From: Harriotta raleighana
Lineage: Eukaryota
Assembly: GCA_050575255.1 (NCBI GenBank)
Contig: JBNZDD010013458.1
Location: forward strand, 376,432 to 440,431
Direction: 5' to 3'
Length of the DNA: 64,000 nucleotides
The position numbers and the translations under genes are program-made. Shown in pieces: positions 13,340 to 24,289 of the stretch. The number at the start of each line of letters is the position of its first letter. The first letter of the stretch is position 1. A model generated the notes under the pieces. It saw nothing but the letters and a program-made list of their open reading frames with translations, had not been told where the DNA came from and did not search any database.

Positions 13340-13722
13340 CTCAGTTTGCAGCACTTGCATGTTGGTGAGAGGGTTGTGGTTTAATCACACAGGCAGACAT
13401 TGAGCTCAGAATCTAGGTTGAGAGGTGCAATTTTGAGGTACCGCAGAAATGTCGGAGATTTGGATGAGGTGTTAAACTGAAATCCTGTCTGTGGTTTCAG
13501 GCAGATGTTAAAGATTCCACAAGCACTCTTTGGGAGAAGAGCAAGTAGTTCTTGCTGTGTTCAGGCCAATATTACTACCTTATTCAAACATACCCAGAAA
13601 CAGATTATTTGCCATTCATTTTGTTGTTGCTTGTACACTTTCATAGTACAGATCAGCTGTTCACCTACGTAGCAGCAGTACTACACTTCAAAGTAACTCA
13701 TCTTTTGACATTGATAAGATAT
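13340..13722 (+). mobile_element. Ancient full-domain DeuSINE (SacSINE1/AmnSINE1-like)
   Basis: Degenerate Deu landmarks GGATGAGGTGTTAAAC, CAGATGTTAAAGATTCC, GAAGAGCA, GGCCAATATT, CAGATTAT, CTACACTTCAAAGTA. Confidence 0.7.
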
Positions 13723-13723
13723 A

Positions 13724-14725
13724 CAGGCAGTCCTCTAGTTACGACGTTTCGAGGTACGACAATTCGAAGTTACGACACTTAAAATCAGTAAAATTACGTC
13801 CGAGTTACATCCAAGTTCTCGAAGTTACGACACTACTATGTAAATGCTTTAGTTGCCCCACGCGCGATAGAAACCTGGAGTCGCCGCCCTCAACACTTAC
13901 GGGACCACGATACGCGTTCAGGAACAGGATGGAGGCGAGACGCGAGTGTGTACTGTACAGGTACTGTGTGAGTCTGAGCATGGCGGGACAGTACTCTCCA
14001 GCCTTTAGACTGCGCTACNNNNNNNNNNNNNNNNNNNNNNNNNNNNNNNNNNNNNNNNNNNNNNNNNNNNNNNNNNNNNNNNNNNNNNNNNNNNNNNNNN
14101 NNNNNNNNNNNNNNNNNNNNNNNNNNNNNNNNNNNNNNNNNNNNNNNNNNNNNNNNNNNNNNNNNNNNNNNNNNNNNNNNNNNNNNNNNNNNNNNNNNNN
14201 NNNNNNNNNNNNNNNNNNNNNNNNNNNNNNNNNNNNNNNNNNNNNNNNNNNNNNNNNNNNNNNNNNNNNNNNNNNNNNNNNNNNNNNNNNNNNNNNNNNN
14301 NNNNNNNNNNNNNNNNNNNNNNNNNNNNNNNNNNNNNNNNNNNNNNNNNNNNNNNNNNNNNNNNNNNNNNNNNNNNNNNNNNNNNNNNNNNNNNNNNNNN
14401 NNNNNNNNNNNNNNNNNNNNNNNNNNNNNNNNNNNNNNCGTGTGATCTCCTGTGTTGCGCTACATCGCGTGTGATCTCCTGTGTTGCGCTACATCGAGCA
14501 CCAGACTCACAATGAAGCCAGGTAAGTACATAGTAATATTTTATTTTATTTACAGTACTGTACATATTAGGAGGGGTGCAGGGGAGAGAGGGCAGCTCAC
14601 TATACACTACAACCAATCACTGTATGTTACTGTAAGCATTATAGGGGGGTGACTCGACTTATATACAAATTCAACTTACACCACATCTTAGGAACCTAAC
14701 CCTGACGTAACTTGAGGACTGCCTG
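13724..14725. mobile_element. Tigger-like DNA transposon spanning a 420-N gap
   Basis: TA|CAGGCAGTCCTCTAGTTACG ... CGTAACTTGAGGACTGCCTG|TA; 20-bp TIRs with one mismatch and TA TSD. Confidence 0.88.
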
Positions 14726-15517
14726 TATCAAAAGAAGATATTATTTATCTCTGTGCCCTATCTCTGTGTGGATGGATAATGCTGTGATCCTGAACTCTAT
14801 TTTTACCCTCCAGATAACAGCATCTAGTCAACTGAAAGCTACTTTAGATTAGAGCACTATCAGTTTATAGTGATCTGGTCAAGTCATAGGTGGAAGAAAA
14901 ATAGTTCTTGGAACATTTTGGAAATATATATTTCACGAGTTTGTAAAATTATATGAACTTGAGACTGTTAAGCTGTTGCTTGCAGGCCATGTGAGGTTGT
15001 GAGATGAGATAGCAAACATGATACAGTAGAGTGCTACAAACTATTTGCACTTTCAGATTTAAATTGGTATCAAGCACAGAACACAGAGAGTAAACTAACC
15101 AAAACACAAAAGATTGCATTTATGTAGAGTTTTCATATTGGGAGGACGTCCCAAGGGGGAAAAAAACAGCTCTGACTGGCATTGTAAAGTTTGTGCTTGG
15201 CTGGGGCAGCTCTTGTGATAGGTAGAGCACACACCAGTTAAAGGGGATGGTATGCAAGTATCTATACTGCTAATGTGTGCTGGGTGAAGAACACAAAAAT
15301 TGTCTCAAAAACTTTATGAAAAGGGTGCCCATTATAAATTGAAAATGTCACTCAGACGAGTAATTATTCAAACATTATTTTTATGTGGGTGCATATTGCT
15401 TTGTGTATATGATTGTGTTTCCATGCTGATATTCAAACTTGCAGAGTAATGTAACCCTGCATATTCATTGATCAATATTGTACCATCACACTAAACATGA
15501 GGTTCTGTATCCAACAT

Positions 15518-15912
15518 AAACAACAGCAACAGCTTTGATTTATATAGCGCCCTCCACGCCGGGCGGCGTCTCAGAGCGCTTCACAATAGCGGATCCCAGG
15601 CCTGAGCCAGGGGCAGGGGTAGAAAGGTGACCAAAGGCGCGGTCGAAGAGAAACGTCTTCCGCTGGGACCTGAAACTGGGAAAAGAGGGGGCAAGGAGCA
15701 GGGAATGAGGAAGGGAATTCCAGAGCCTCGGAGCATAGTGGTTGAAGGCACGGCTGCGAGGGTGGAGCGGAGGATTCGGGGGACATGGAGGACGCCAGAC
15801 CTGATGGAGCAAAGGCAATAGATGCTGGTTTGAGGAGAGAGGAAGTCAGAGAGGTAGAGAGGTGCAGAGGAGTGGAGGGATTTGAAGACGTGGGTGAGGA
15901 TCTTGAAATCAA
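15518..15912 (-). mobile_element. L2 LINE 3' fragment
   Basis: IDFKILTHVFKSLH...RAFNHYAPRLWNSLP...KTFLF; (TTG)n tail on - strand. Confidence 0.9.
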
Positions 15913-16083
15913 TCACTTTATTCATCACTTTATGACATAATATCTGTGCAATTGACTTAGTTTGAATCCAACCATTTGCATGAACATAACTCCCTTCACA
16001 ATGGATAACTCTTGGAGTGTTGAAAAGCTGCTGCATTTTTAGAGATAAATGCACTGAATAATTAGATGATATTGCAGTCCCAA

Positions 16084-17215
16084 ATACAATAACAACAACA
16101 ACTTTGATTTACACAGCGCCCTCCGCGCCGGATGGCGTCTCAGAGCGCTTCACAATAGCGGATCCTGGGACCGAGCCAGGGGCAGATAGGTGACCAAAAG
16201 CGCGGTCAAAGAGAAAGGTCTTCAGCTGTGACCTGAAACTGGGGAGGGGGGTGAGGCGAAGGGAGTGAGGAAGGGAGTTCCAGAACCTCGGGGCATAGTG
16301 GCTGAAGGCACGGCCACCGAGGGTGGGGCAGAGGATTCGGGGGACATGGAGGAGGCCAGACCCACAAGAGCGAAGGCAGTGGGTGCTGGCTTGGGGGTAG
16401 AGAAGATCGGAGAGATAGGGGGGTGCAGAGGAGTGGAGGGATTTGAAAACAAGGGTGAGGACCTTGAAGTCGATCCTCTGGGTTAGGGAGCCAGTGAAGT
16501 CTGGCAAGGACTGGGGTAATGGGGGAGCAAAGCTTGGAGCGGGAGGCAGAGTTTTGGATGAACTGGATTTTATGGATTGTGGTGGAGGGGAGACCGGAGA
16601 GGAGGGCATTGCAATAGTCCAGCCGAGAGGTGACAAAGGCATGGACCAGGGTTTCAGCGACTTTTGGAGTGAGGTATTGCTGGAGATGGGCGATCCATCG
16701 GAGGTGGTAGAAGGCAATGCTGGTAACGGACCGGATGTGGAGGAGGAAGGACAGTTGGGGGTCAAGCCTAGTTTGCACACCAGTTCAGAGAGTTTTAGGG
16801 GCAGGCCGGGAAGATGGAGGAGGTGAGAGCCGTGTGAATGGAGACATTGATGAGAGCCAAAGATTATAGCCTCTGTCCTGTCGACATTCAGCTGCAAGAA
16901 ATTTGCGCTCATCCAGCCCCTGATGTCTGAAAGGCAGGATGACAGAACATCAGGGGACTGGGGATCGCAAAGTGAGGTGGAGAAATAGAGTTGCGTGTCA
17001 TCTGCATACATGTGGAAGTGTGCCCCATGTCTGCGGATGACATCCCCAAGAGGGAGATGAGGAAAAGGAGGGGGCCAAGGATGGATCCCTGGGTTACCCA
17101 ACAGGTAACTGGGTGAGAGTGGGAGAGAAAACCGTTTGTGGAGATATACTGCTGGCGGTTTGTGAGGTAGGACTCGAACCAGGTGAGTGCAGTCCCACTG
17201 AGGTGGACCGCACTT
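16084..17215 (-). mobile_element. L2 LINE, 5'-truncated, RT C-terminal half with frameshifts
   Basis: PLGDVIRRHG.FHMYADDTQLY, LVHAFVTSRLDYCNALL, RIDFKVLTLVFK; (TTG)n tail. Confidence 0.93.
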
Positions 17216-17459
17216 CAATAGATGCGCTTCACTGAAATAGAGGGTAAATAATACCTAAAGAAATTATGAAAGCGGTTGGAGAAAGCACACTTTATATGGG
17301 TTACCAGTAAATGTTCAGAATGTAGTACCAAAATCAAGAAATCAATAAAAAGGGATAATTAAAAAGCTTCTGAAATTACATGGAATTCAGCACAAAACTT
17401 ACATGAAGTCTAATAATAGCCAATTGGAAATGTGAAAAATATTTTTAAAGTAGCAATCA

Positions 17460-17695
17460 GGGTAGATTTCCTTTCAAAAGGTAGTAGATTTACCAATAGT
17501 GGTTTCAATGTACTGATTGAAGTTGTTCTGGAATGGCAAGAAAGGCTTTTTGGCATCAGCAATATGTCATCAGTGTTTCACGCTAGACAGAGTGCCTGGC
17601 AGGAGGTAGCATACCATGTAAACACCGAGGAGGTCACCAGACAAACCTGGACTGAGGTCTGGAACAAACTATGACTTGAAATCAGTGCCAAGGTT
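17460..17695 (+). pseudogene. Myb/SANT-like (NAIF1-type) ORF fragment, probable PIF/Harbinger remnant
   Basis: RFTNSGFNVLIEVV...LFG...ARQSAWQEVAYHVN...RQTWTEVWNK, then DLK after a frameshift, then AAG|GTTAGT. Confidence 0.65.
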
Positions 17696-18469
17696 AGTAT
17701 CAACATTTATGCGTGCCAAGGGACCAAGTTTATATAAATGATGCAATGCAAACGCTGCTTTATGTGATGCATTACGATGAAACATTCGTCAAGATTAACA
17801 TTGCAACAAATATTTTGTTTAATTCAATACTGTAGCACAACTTATTTCGACATAAATATATCCAGTGCTCATGAAGCTATGTAACTAGCAGTAATCTGAT
17901 TCTAAATCTGTCTCATTCCCAAATTGGTAAACAGAATATATATAAAACACTCCAAGTTTGGATGTAGAAGACCCTTTGGCAAACTTAATCTCATATTAAT
18001 AATAATAATCATATCTGTTGATATAGTGCTATATCATGTCATTGAGTCATCTCAAAGTGATTCGCAGAATATACTGTAAAGAGAAATGACTGTATATTTT
18101 GTGAGAGAAATGCAGCAACCAATTATATTGAGCAAGCCTTATATGATCAATGTGTTTCTTAAACGAGTCTACTGTCCTGTCTTCAATCTCCAATTAGCTA
18201 ACCTCTGCTCAATGATATGTTTCTTGATATCTACCTAGGTGTCTGCCTCTCATATCCTGACCGCTATCTCAATGTATCTGAAAATGTTCCACATTTATCT
18301 TCTCTATCCATTAAATACCTCTATAAACTAGAAGATTCCTTTGGAAATATTTCTTCTTGGGACTGAAAAGCCATAGAGTATCCTTCCATTCATCATAACT
18401 AATTTCTTTCAAATTAGTATCAGTCTTGAAGTTCTCCTCTATACTTCCTCAGAAGGCATCCCGGTTATA

Positions 18470-18722
18470 GAACTAAAACAAAAAACAGAAATTGCTGGGA
18501 ACATTCAGCAAGTCGGGCAGCATCTATTGAGAAAGGAAAGTGAGTCAACGTTTCTGGTCCCCGACTCTTTGTCAGGACTTCTGATGTCCGTTCTGATGCC
18601 ATGTACCCAAAACGTTGACTCTCTTTCCTTTCTCTATGGATGCTGCATGATCTGTTGAGTGTTCCCGGCGATTCCTGTTTTTGTTTTAGACTTCCAGCAC
18701 CTGCAGTTTTTTGTATTCTATT
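18470..18722. mobile_element. Penelope-like non-autonomous palindromic element
   Basis: Inverted arms AAAACAGAAATTGCTGGGAACATTCAGC...GAGTCAACGTTTC and AAAACGTTGACTC...CCTGTTTTTG, with decayed hammerhead cores. Confidence 0.75.
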
Positions 18723-20565
18723 TATAGAACTGTTGAACAAGCTGACGAGAGCGCTGTGCAATTTTAGGATGACTTTCTGTTTTACTTGAATGTGACTGAT
18801 TTGATCATGTTGCCTATATTCGTCTCTCAATCTCTTTGTGACATTAGAAGCATCATTGGGTATCTATACTGATGGCTCTTCTGTGTCGGCAGACACAGTT
18901 CACTCAACCAGTTAGTGGCCACAGTTTTTTGTAATCTTGAATCAATTGATAGCATCTGCACCAAGTTCTGGTGCCAAATGTGAGAACATTGAGGTCAAGG
19001 TCATTGGTGGGGTAACCCATGTTCAAAATGTTTGGATTGGGTTACCATCTCTTGTGTAAGATTTGAAAATTGAATTGATGATGGGTTAAACACAATTATA
19101 TCATTAATATAAATGTAAAGGATTACAGCAATGCTTTCATTAGTTGTGTTGAATAAGAGCAATGCTGATAATAAAACAGCCAGTCAAGGTTGTCGGTAGA
19201 CTTGGAGAGATAGATTTGGAGCAGGGATTCTTTCTACTCAGGTCTTGTTATCCCGACAGCTAAAGCCCCAATGGCGAGGGTTGTGCGAGCTGGACAAACA
19301 GCGGGGAGTTTGCCAGACACTCTGCTAGTTGGTCCAACATATCTGTTTCTTCCATAAATCACTAGCAATTGATCTTATCATAGATAAGGTACCTCCCACT
19401 TGTTCAGTGATACGGAGAAAATCTCAGAACAAGAATGGGATAGAACCAGAGTTGATCTCCCCCAAATAAAGCAATGTCACACCAACATCAACAGATTACC
19501 CTGGTATAGCGCTGGTCATGTCAGAAAGACTTCCCAGGGTCCTGTATCAAGCAGATGTCGAAAAGGGACAGGCTAGGATAGATTCAAAATAAAGCTCCCT
19601 CTACACTGTCCCAGGTCATGTACAGCACTGGTTAAATGTGAATTAGGTTCTTACTGAACAGGAGCTGACACTGCAAAATAATGCTGTGTACTGTAGTTGA
19701 CATTTGTTAACATTTTGTTTCAAAACAAGCATGGGGAGGAATGCGGTTGTGACAGAGTTAATTTCTACAGCTTGGAGTAGGTGTGCTTTAGGAATGAGAG
19801 ACAGTCTGTAGTCTGGGAGGGCTGTGGTGGAGCATGAGGCGGGAGCAGGATCAGATATTTACAGAGAAAGAAAGACCAGCAGAGGCAGGCAGACAAACAG
19901 AGAGAGAAAGAGAGAAACAGCGGAGGGAGCAATCTCTACATATTCAACTGAAGCTAATGAGAGACAGAATCACCTGAAGAACAGAGAGAGAGGAAGACAT
20001 CAGCTACCACAGCAAGACTACAAAGTGGGTCATTTCACTGCCTCTTAAAGCAAAACTCACTCTCAAATGAAACCCTACAATGATGAGAAGTGAAGGGTCT
20101 GTTGATGTAGGTGAGCTGATATTACCAGCAGAGTGTTTCTGTGAGGAGCTGCTCTGAGAAGTGGGCAGTGGATTAATCACCATTGATTCTCCAGACACTT
20201 TGTCCAAATGAACCTGAGCAACAAATAACCAAAGAGGGAGAGAGACCAGCGATCACCAAACAGCAATACCCAGGGGGAACGGAAACCTGTCGCTCTTGAA
20301 CTTGCTTCACGAGATCAGTTTTTTTTAAAAAACTAAACGACAAAGTTTGTGAATGAGAATTAAGAGTGAGAAGAGGAACCGTTGCAATGTGAATGCAATT
20401 CACCTGCAATTCAAAGCTGAGAGTTAATCTATTGATTCCAATAAGAAATCTTCTTTACATGCGCTCACCCGTCCACCATCATCTCCAGGCAAACATTTGA
20501 AACCTCAATATTTATATTTTTCTATCTATTTATCTTGTGGTGGGCAGGACCGTGCACAGGGACAA

Positions 20566-20724
20566 ATGGCATTGATTCTGACTGTGACACTGTGTGTGTA
20601 TGTCATGTTGTCTAAGCCATCACTGGCAGATCGGGGTGGCATTAGGTCCATGGACAGAAAACCCCCACCGCCCGACAAACATCTGGAAGAAATAATAAAC
20701 ATTCCCGAGTTCACCGGCCGGCAG
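20566..20724 (+). CDS. ERFE: Erythroferrone coding exon 1 (signal peptide)
   Basis: ATG in ACAAATGG context; hydrophobic MALILTVTLCVYVMLSKPSLA signal-peptide-like N-terminus; consensus donor CAG|GTAAGT in phase 0, matching exon 2. Confidence 0.8.
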
Positions 20725-21349
20725 GTAAGTGAGAGCCCAGCAGCTGTTTGATAAAAATGTTGTGCACAGTGGAGTTTTCCATGTTTGGTTTCACTTTTTG
20801 CCGCTTAAGTGAACAGGATCATTGAAATAGATCATTAGACAGTGAATAACACGATTTCACACACAGAGTTGCAGGATGCAATCTAATCGAGGATTTAAAA
20901 TACTTTTTTCTTAAGCGGAATAAGAGATCCCTTAGAGAGAGCTACAAGCTGCTCAAGTGGTTTACATGTGAAGTAACACACCCAGCAGTGAGTTTCAGGT
21001 TGGAATCGATGGGTTTGGAAGTGTTGCATGAAGGATAAGCTATCATACTAAAACAGTAACAATCTAATTAAGGGGTGGGGGGAGCAGAAGAAACAGTAGG
21101 AATGGAGATGAAGCGATAACTTCTCTGTGGTTTGCGAGCTGTTTTGTCTGTCAGTCTCACGAATGGTGGAAAGTAGGTGATCCCACGATTGTTGGCGAAT
21201 AACAATTCCTGATTCATATTGATCTGCCAGGAAACTTCATCAAACCTCGAGTGATGAGCGTGAAATCAGCTAGAGTTAGTGATCACTGCTGCGATGCATT
21301 CCAGAGACCTTCACAAGGGGAGCAACTGCCTCTTTAAAGGAACAGTCCC

Positions 21350-21495
21350 GTGTGTCTGTGTGTTTCAGTGTGTGTGTATATCTGTCTGTGTGTGTCAGTA
21401 TGTGTCTGTGTGTGTGTCAGTGTGTCAGTGTGTCTGTGTATGTGTGTGTCAGTATGTCTGTCTGTGTCTGTGTGTTTGTATGTGTCTGTGTGTGT
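21350..21495. repeat. Compound (TG)-rich microsatellite
   Basis: TGTGTC/TGTGTA iterations. Confidence 0.9.
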
Positions 21496-21539
21496 AACAT
21501 TCGATGCATTCCAGGACCCTTGAAATTGTGCCCCTGCCT

Positions 21540-22700
21540 CTGTTTATCAGCACACTGAGGGACAGCTCTGTGCTGTTTATCAGCACACTGAGGGACAGCT
21601 CTGTGCTGTTTATCAGCACACTGAGGGACAGCTCTGTGCTGTTTATCAGCACACTGAGGGACAGCTCTGTGCTGTTTATCAGCACACTGAGGGACAGCTC
21701 TGTGCTGTTTATCAGCACACTGAGGGACAGCTCTGTGCTGTTTATCAGCACACTGAGGGACAGCTCTGTGCTGTTTATCAGCACACTGAGGGACAGCTCT
21801 GTGCTGTTTATCAGCACACTGAGGGACAGCTCTGTGCTGTTTATCAGCACACTGAGGGACAGCTCTGTGCTGTTTATCAGCACACTGAGGGACAGCTCTG
21901 TGCTGTTTATCAGCACACTGAGGGACAGCTCTGTGCTGTTTATCAGCACACTGAGGGACAGCTCTGTGCTGTTTATCAGCACACTGAGGGACAGCTCTGT
22001 GCTGTTTATCAGCACACTGAGGGACAGCTCTGTGCTGTTTATCAGCACACTGAGGGACAGCTCTGTGCTGTTTATCAGCACACTGAGGGACAGCTCTGTG
22101 CTGTTTATCAGCACACTGAGGGACAGCTCTGTGCTGTTTATCAGCACACTGAGGGACAGCTCTGTGCTGTTTATCAGCACACTGAGGGACAGCTCTGTGC
22201 TGTTTATCAGCACACTGAGGGACAGCTCTGTGCTGTTTATCAGCACACTGAGGGACAGCTCTGTGCTGTTTATCAGCACACTGAGGGACAGCTCTGTGCT
22301 GTTTATCAGCACACTGAGGGACAGCTCTGTGCTGTTTATCAGCACACTGAGGGACAGCTCTGTGCTGTTTATCAGCACACTGAGGGACAGCTCTGTGCTG
22401 TTTATCAGCACACTGAGGGACAGCTCTGTGCTGTTTATCAGCACACTGAGGGACAGCTCTGTGCTGTTTATCAGCACACTGAGGGACAGCTCTGTGCTGT
22501 TTATCAGCACACTGAGGGACAGCTCTGTGCTGTTTATCAGCACACTGAGGGACAGCTCTGTGCTGTTTATCAGCACACTGAGGGACAGCTCTCTGCTGTT
22601 TATCAGCACACTGAGGGACAGCTCTGTGCTGTTTATCAGCACACTGAGGGACAGCTCTCTGCTGTTTATCAGCACACTGAGGGACAGCTCTCTGCTGTTT
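21540..22700. repeat. Minisatellite, 35 x 33 bp (CTGTTTATCAGCACACTGAGGGACAGCTCTGTG)
   Basis: Counted from the translation, ([11 protein letters not shown]) x 35; only 3 units near the 3' end carry a G>C variant. Confidence 0.97.
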
Positions 22701-23384
22701 GAGGGTCGGCAGCCTCTGTGACAGTCAGTGCCTGCTGAACACAATGCATTCCAAAGCCTGTTAAACTGCACTCTTAGTTCTCTAAAGGAGAGCTGCTGTG
22801 CTCACTGCATACGATTCATCCCGATATACGTATTGTCAAAGAATACAGCTGCCTGTTTAAATACCGTGCTTCTTCACAGTCACTACTGGCAGGAAATAAA
22901 TAAGCGAATTAAACAGCGTTTAAACATTGAAGCGAGTGAAAAGGCTTACAATATAATCAAATTGTTCCGCCTCCTCCTTCCATGAGTAGTGATTGCAGCA
23001 AGTCCCCATCTCCCCCCTGACTGTCACCCTCTGTGGTTACCCTCACTGATGCCTTTACTGTATATGAAGCAGCCAAACAAGGAGGTGCAACTGGAGTAAC
23101 TGTAACAAAAATGGATGTCGCACAAGTCTGACTCCAGACTGGGGATTTTCACAGTCTGCTGCACTGTCCCGGAGCATTCAATTGTAATGTTAGACCTTCT
23201 GTATGTTGGGATCTCACTGTATAAAACACGACAGAGTCTGCTAGTTTACTGCGACATGCAGTGAAATAAACTATGTTAGTAAAATCATAGGATTCCACTG
23301 TCACCAACCCTGGAACCGCACTTATCAAAACAATCACCAAGAACCTGAGTTGCTCTGGCCCATTCCCTCTGATGTATGTTTATC

Positions 23385-23711
23385 CAGTAAACTCCTGATA
23401 ACTCGTCATTCCCAGGAAAAATGGCTCAGTGATGAGTTATCCAGAGTTAAGCACATATAGCATATATAGTAGATATTATGTTTGTTTACAGCATTTAAGA
23501 ATATATAAACATACATATATATACACATACATATATATCTGTTAATTCGACTCTAGCTCAGTTAACTCTGACTATCACTTAAGTCATCATACTGTGAGTA
23601 TTCTTACTGTATTATTTATGCATTGATACATACACCTAACTTGCTACTCTGGTTAACTGGTCACTGAACCCTTCCTTTTCCCTGGAGTGACAAGTTATTA
23701 GGAGTTTGCTG
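23385..23711. mobile_element. MITE with long imperfect TIRs (Tigger-like CAGT end)
   Basis: Left CAGTAAACTCCTGATAACTCGTCATTCCCAGG...CAGAGT versus reverse complement of the right end CAGCAAACTCCTAATAACTTGTCACTCCAGGG...CAGAGT; TA on the right. Confidence 0.8.
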
Positions 23712-23834
23712 TACATCAATAAATGCAGTTGGAAAATCAACATCATGACTCATCATGCTGTCAATTTTCCGTCCTCATTTATTTAAAAGTGGGAGATATT
23801 TATGTAAGTGGTTATGACCAGTTAAGCCAGGGTT

Positions 23835-23972
23835 GAGTTCTGATGAAGGATCGTGGACCCGAAATGTTGACTCGCTTTCCTTTCTCCATGGATGCTGCCT
23901 GACCTGCTGAGTTTCCTCAGCAACTTCTGTTTTTGTTTCAGATTCCCAGCATCTGTAGTATTTTGTGTTTTG
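23835..23972 (+). mobile_element. Penelope-like terminus with minimal type I hammerhead ribozyme motif
   Basis: GAGTT-CTGATGA-AGGATCGTGGACCC-GAAA-TGTT-GACTC followed by GATGCTGCCTGACCTGCTGAG... Confidence 0.75.
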
Positions 23973-24289
23973 TTTGAGTTAGCAGGTGTTGTATTAGAAA
24001 AAAGAACAGTATTGATTAGCTGATTAACATGGCACACAAGTGCTTTTGTATGTGATGCCATCTGAACCCTCTGATGTTAAGCTAAATAATTGTCTTCAAT
24101 TTAACTAACATTTAATACTTGATTCTAAAGGTTTTCCTTCAACAAAATAGGAAACTGAGTACAGTATATGTTTACTCACCAGTGGAGTATCTCACTCCTC
24201 CAAGTTAAGGTATCATCATTAGACAGTTGGATCATTAGAGTGGCAGCAGTATATAATGTTTACAAGTATTTGAGTGGTTGTCCCATAGA

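Noticed and set aside
13929-14616. Long ORFs spanning the N run
   Set aside because: Artefact of the 420-N gap
21540-22700. CRISPR-like array
   Set aside because: No unique spacers, vertebrate context and no cas genes
21449-22771. 440-aa and 405-aa ORFs on opposite strands
   Set aside because: By-product of a stop-free 33-bp unit; intronic, almost no variation between units, no recognisable domain
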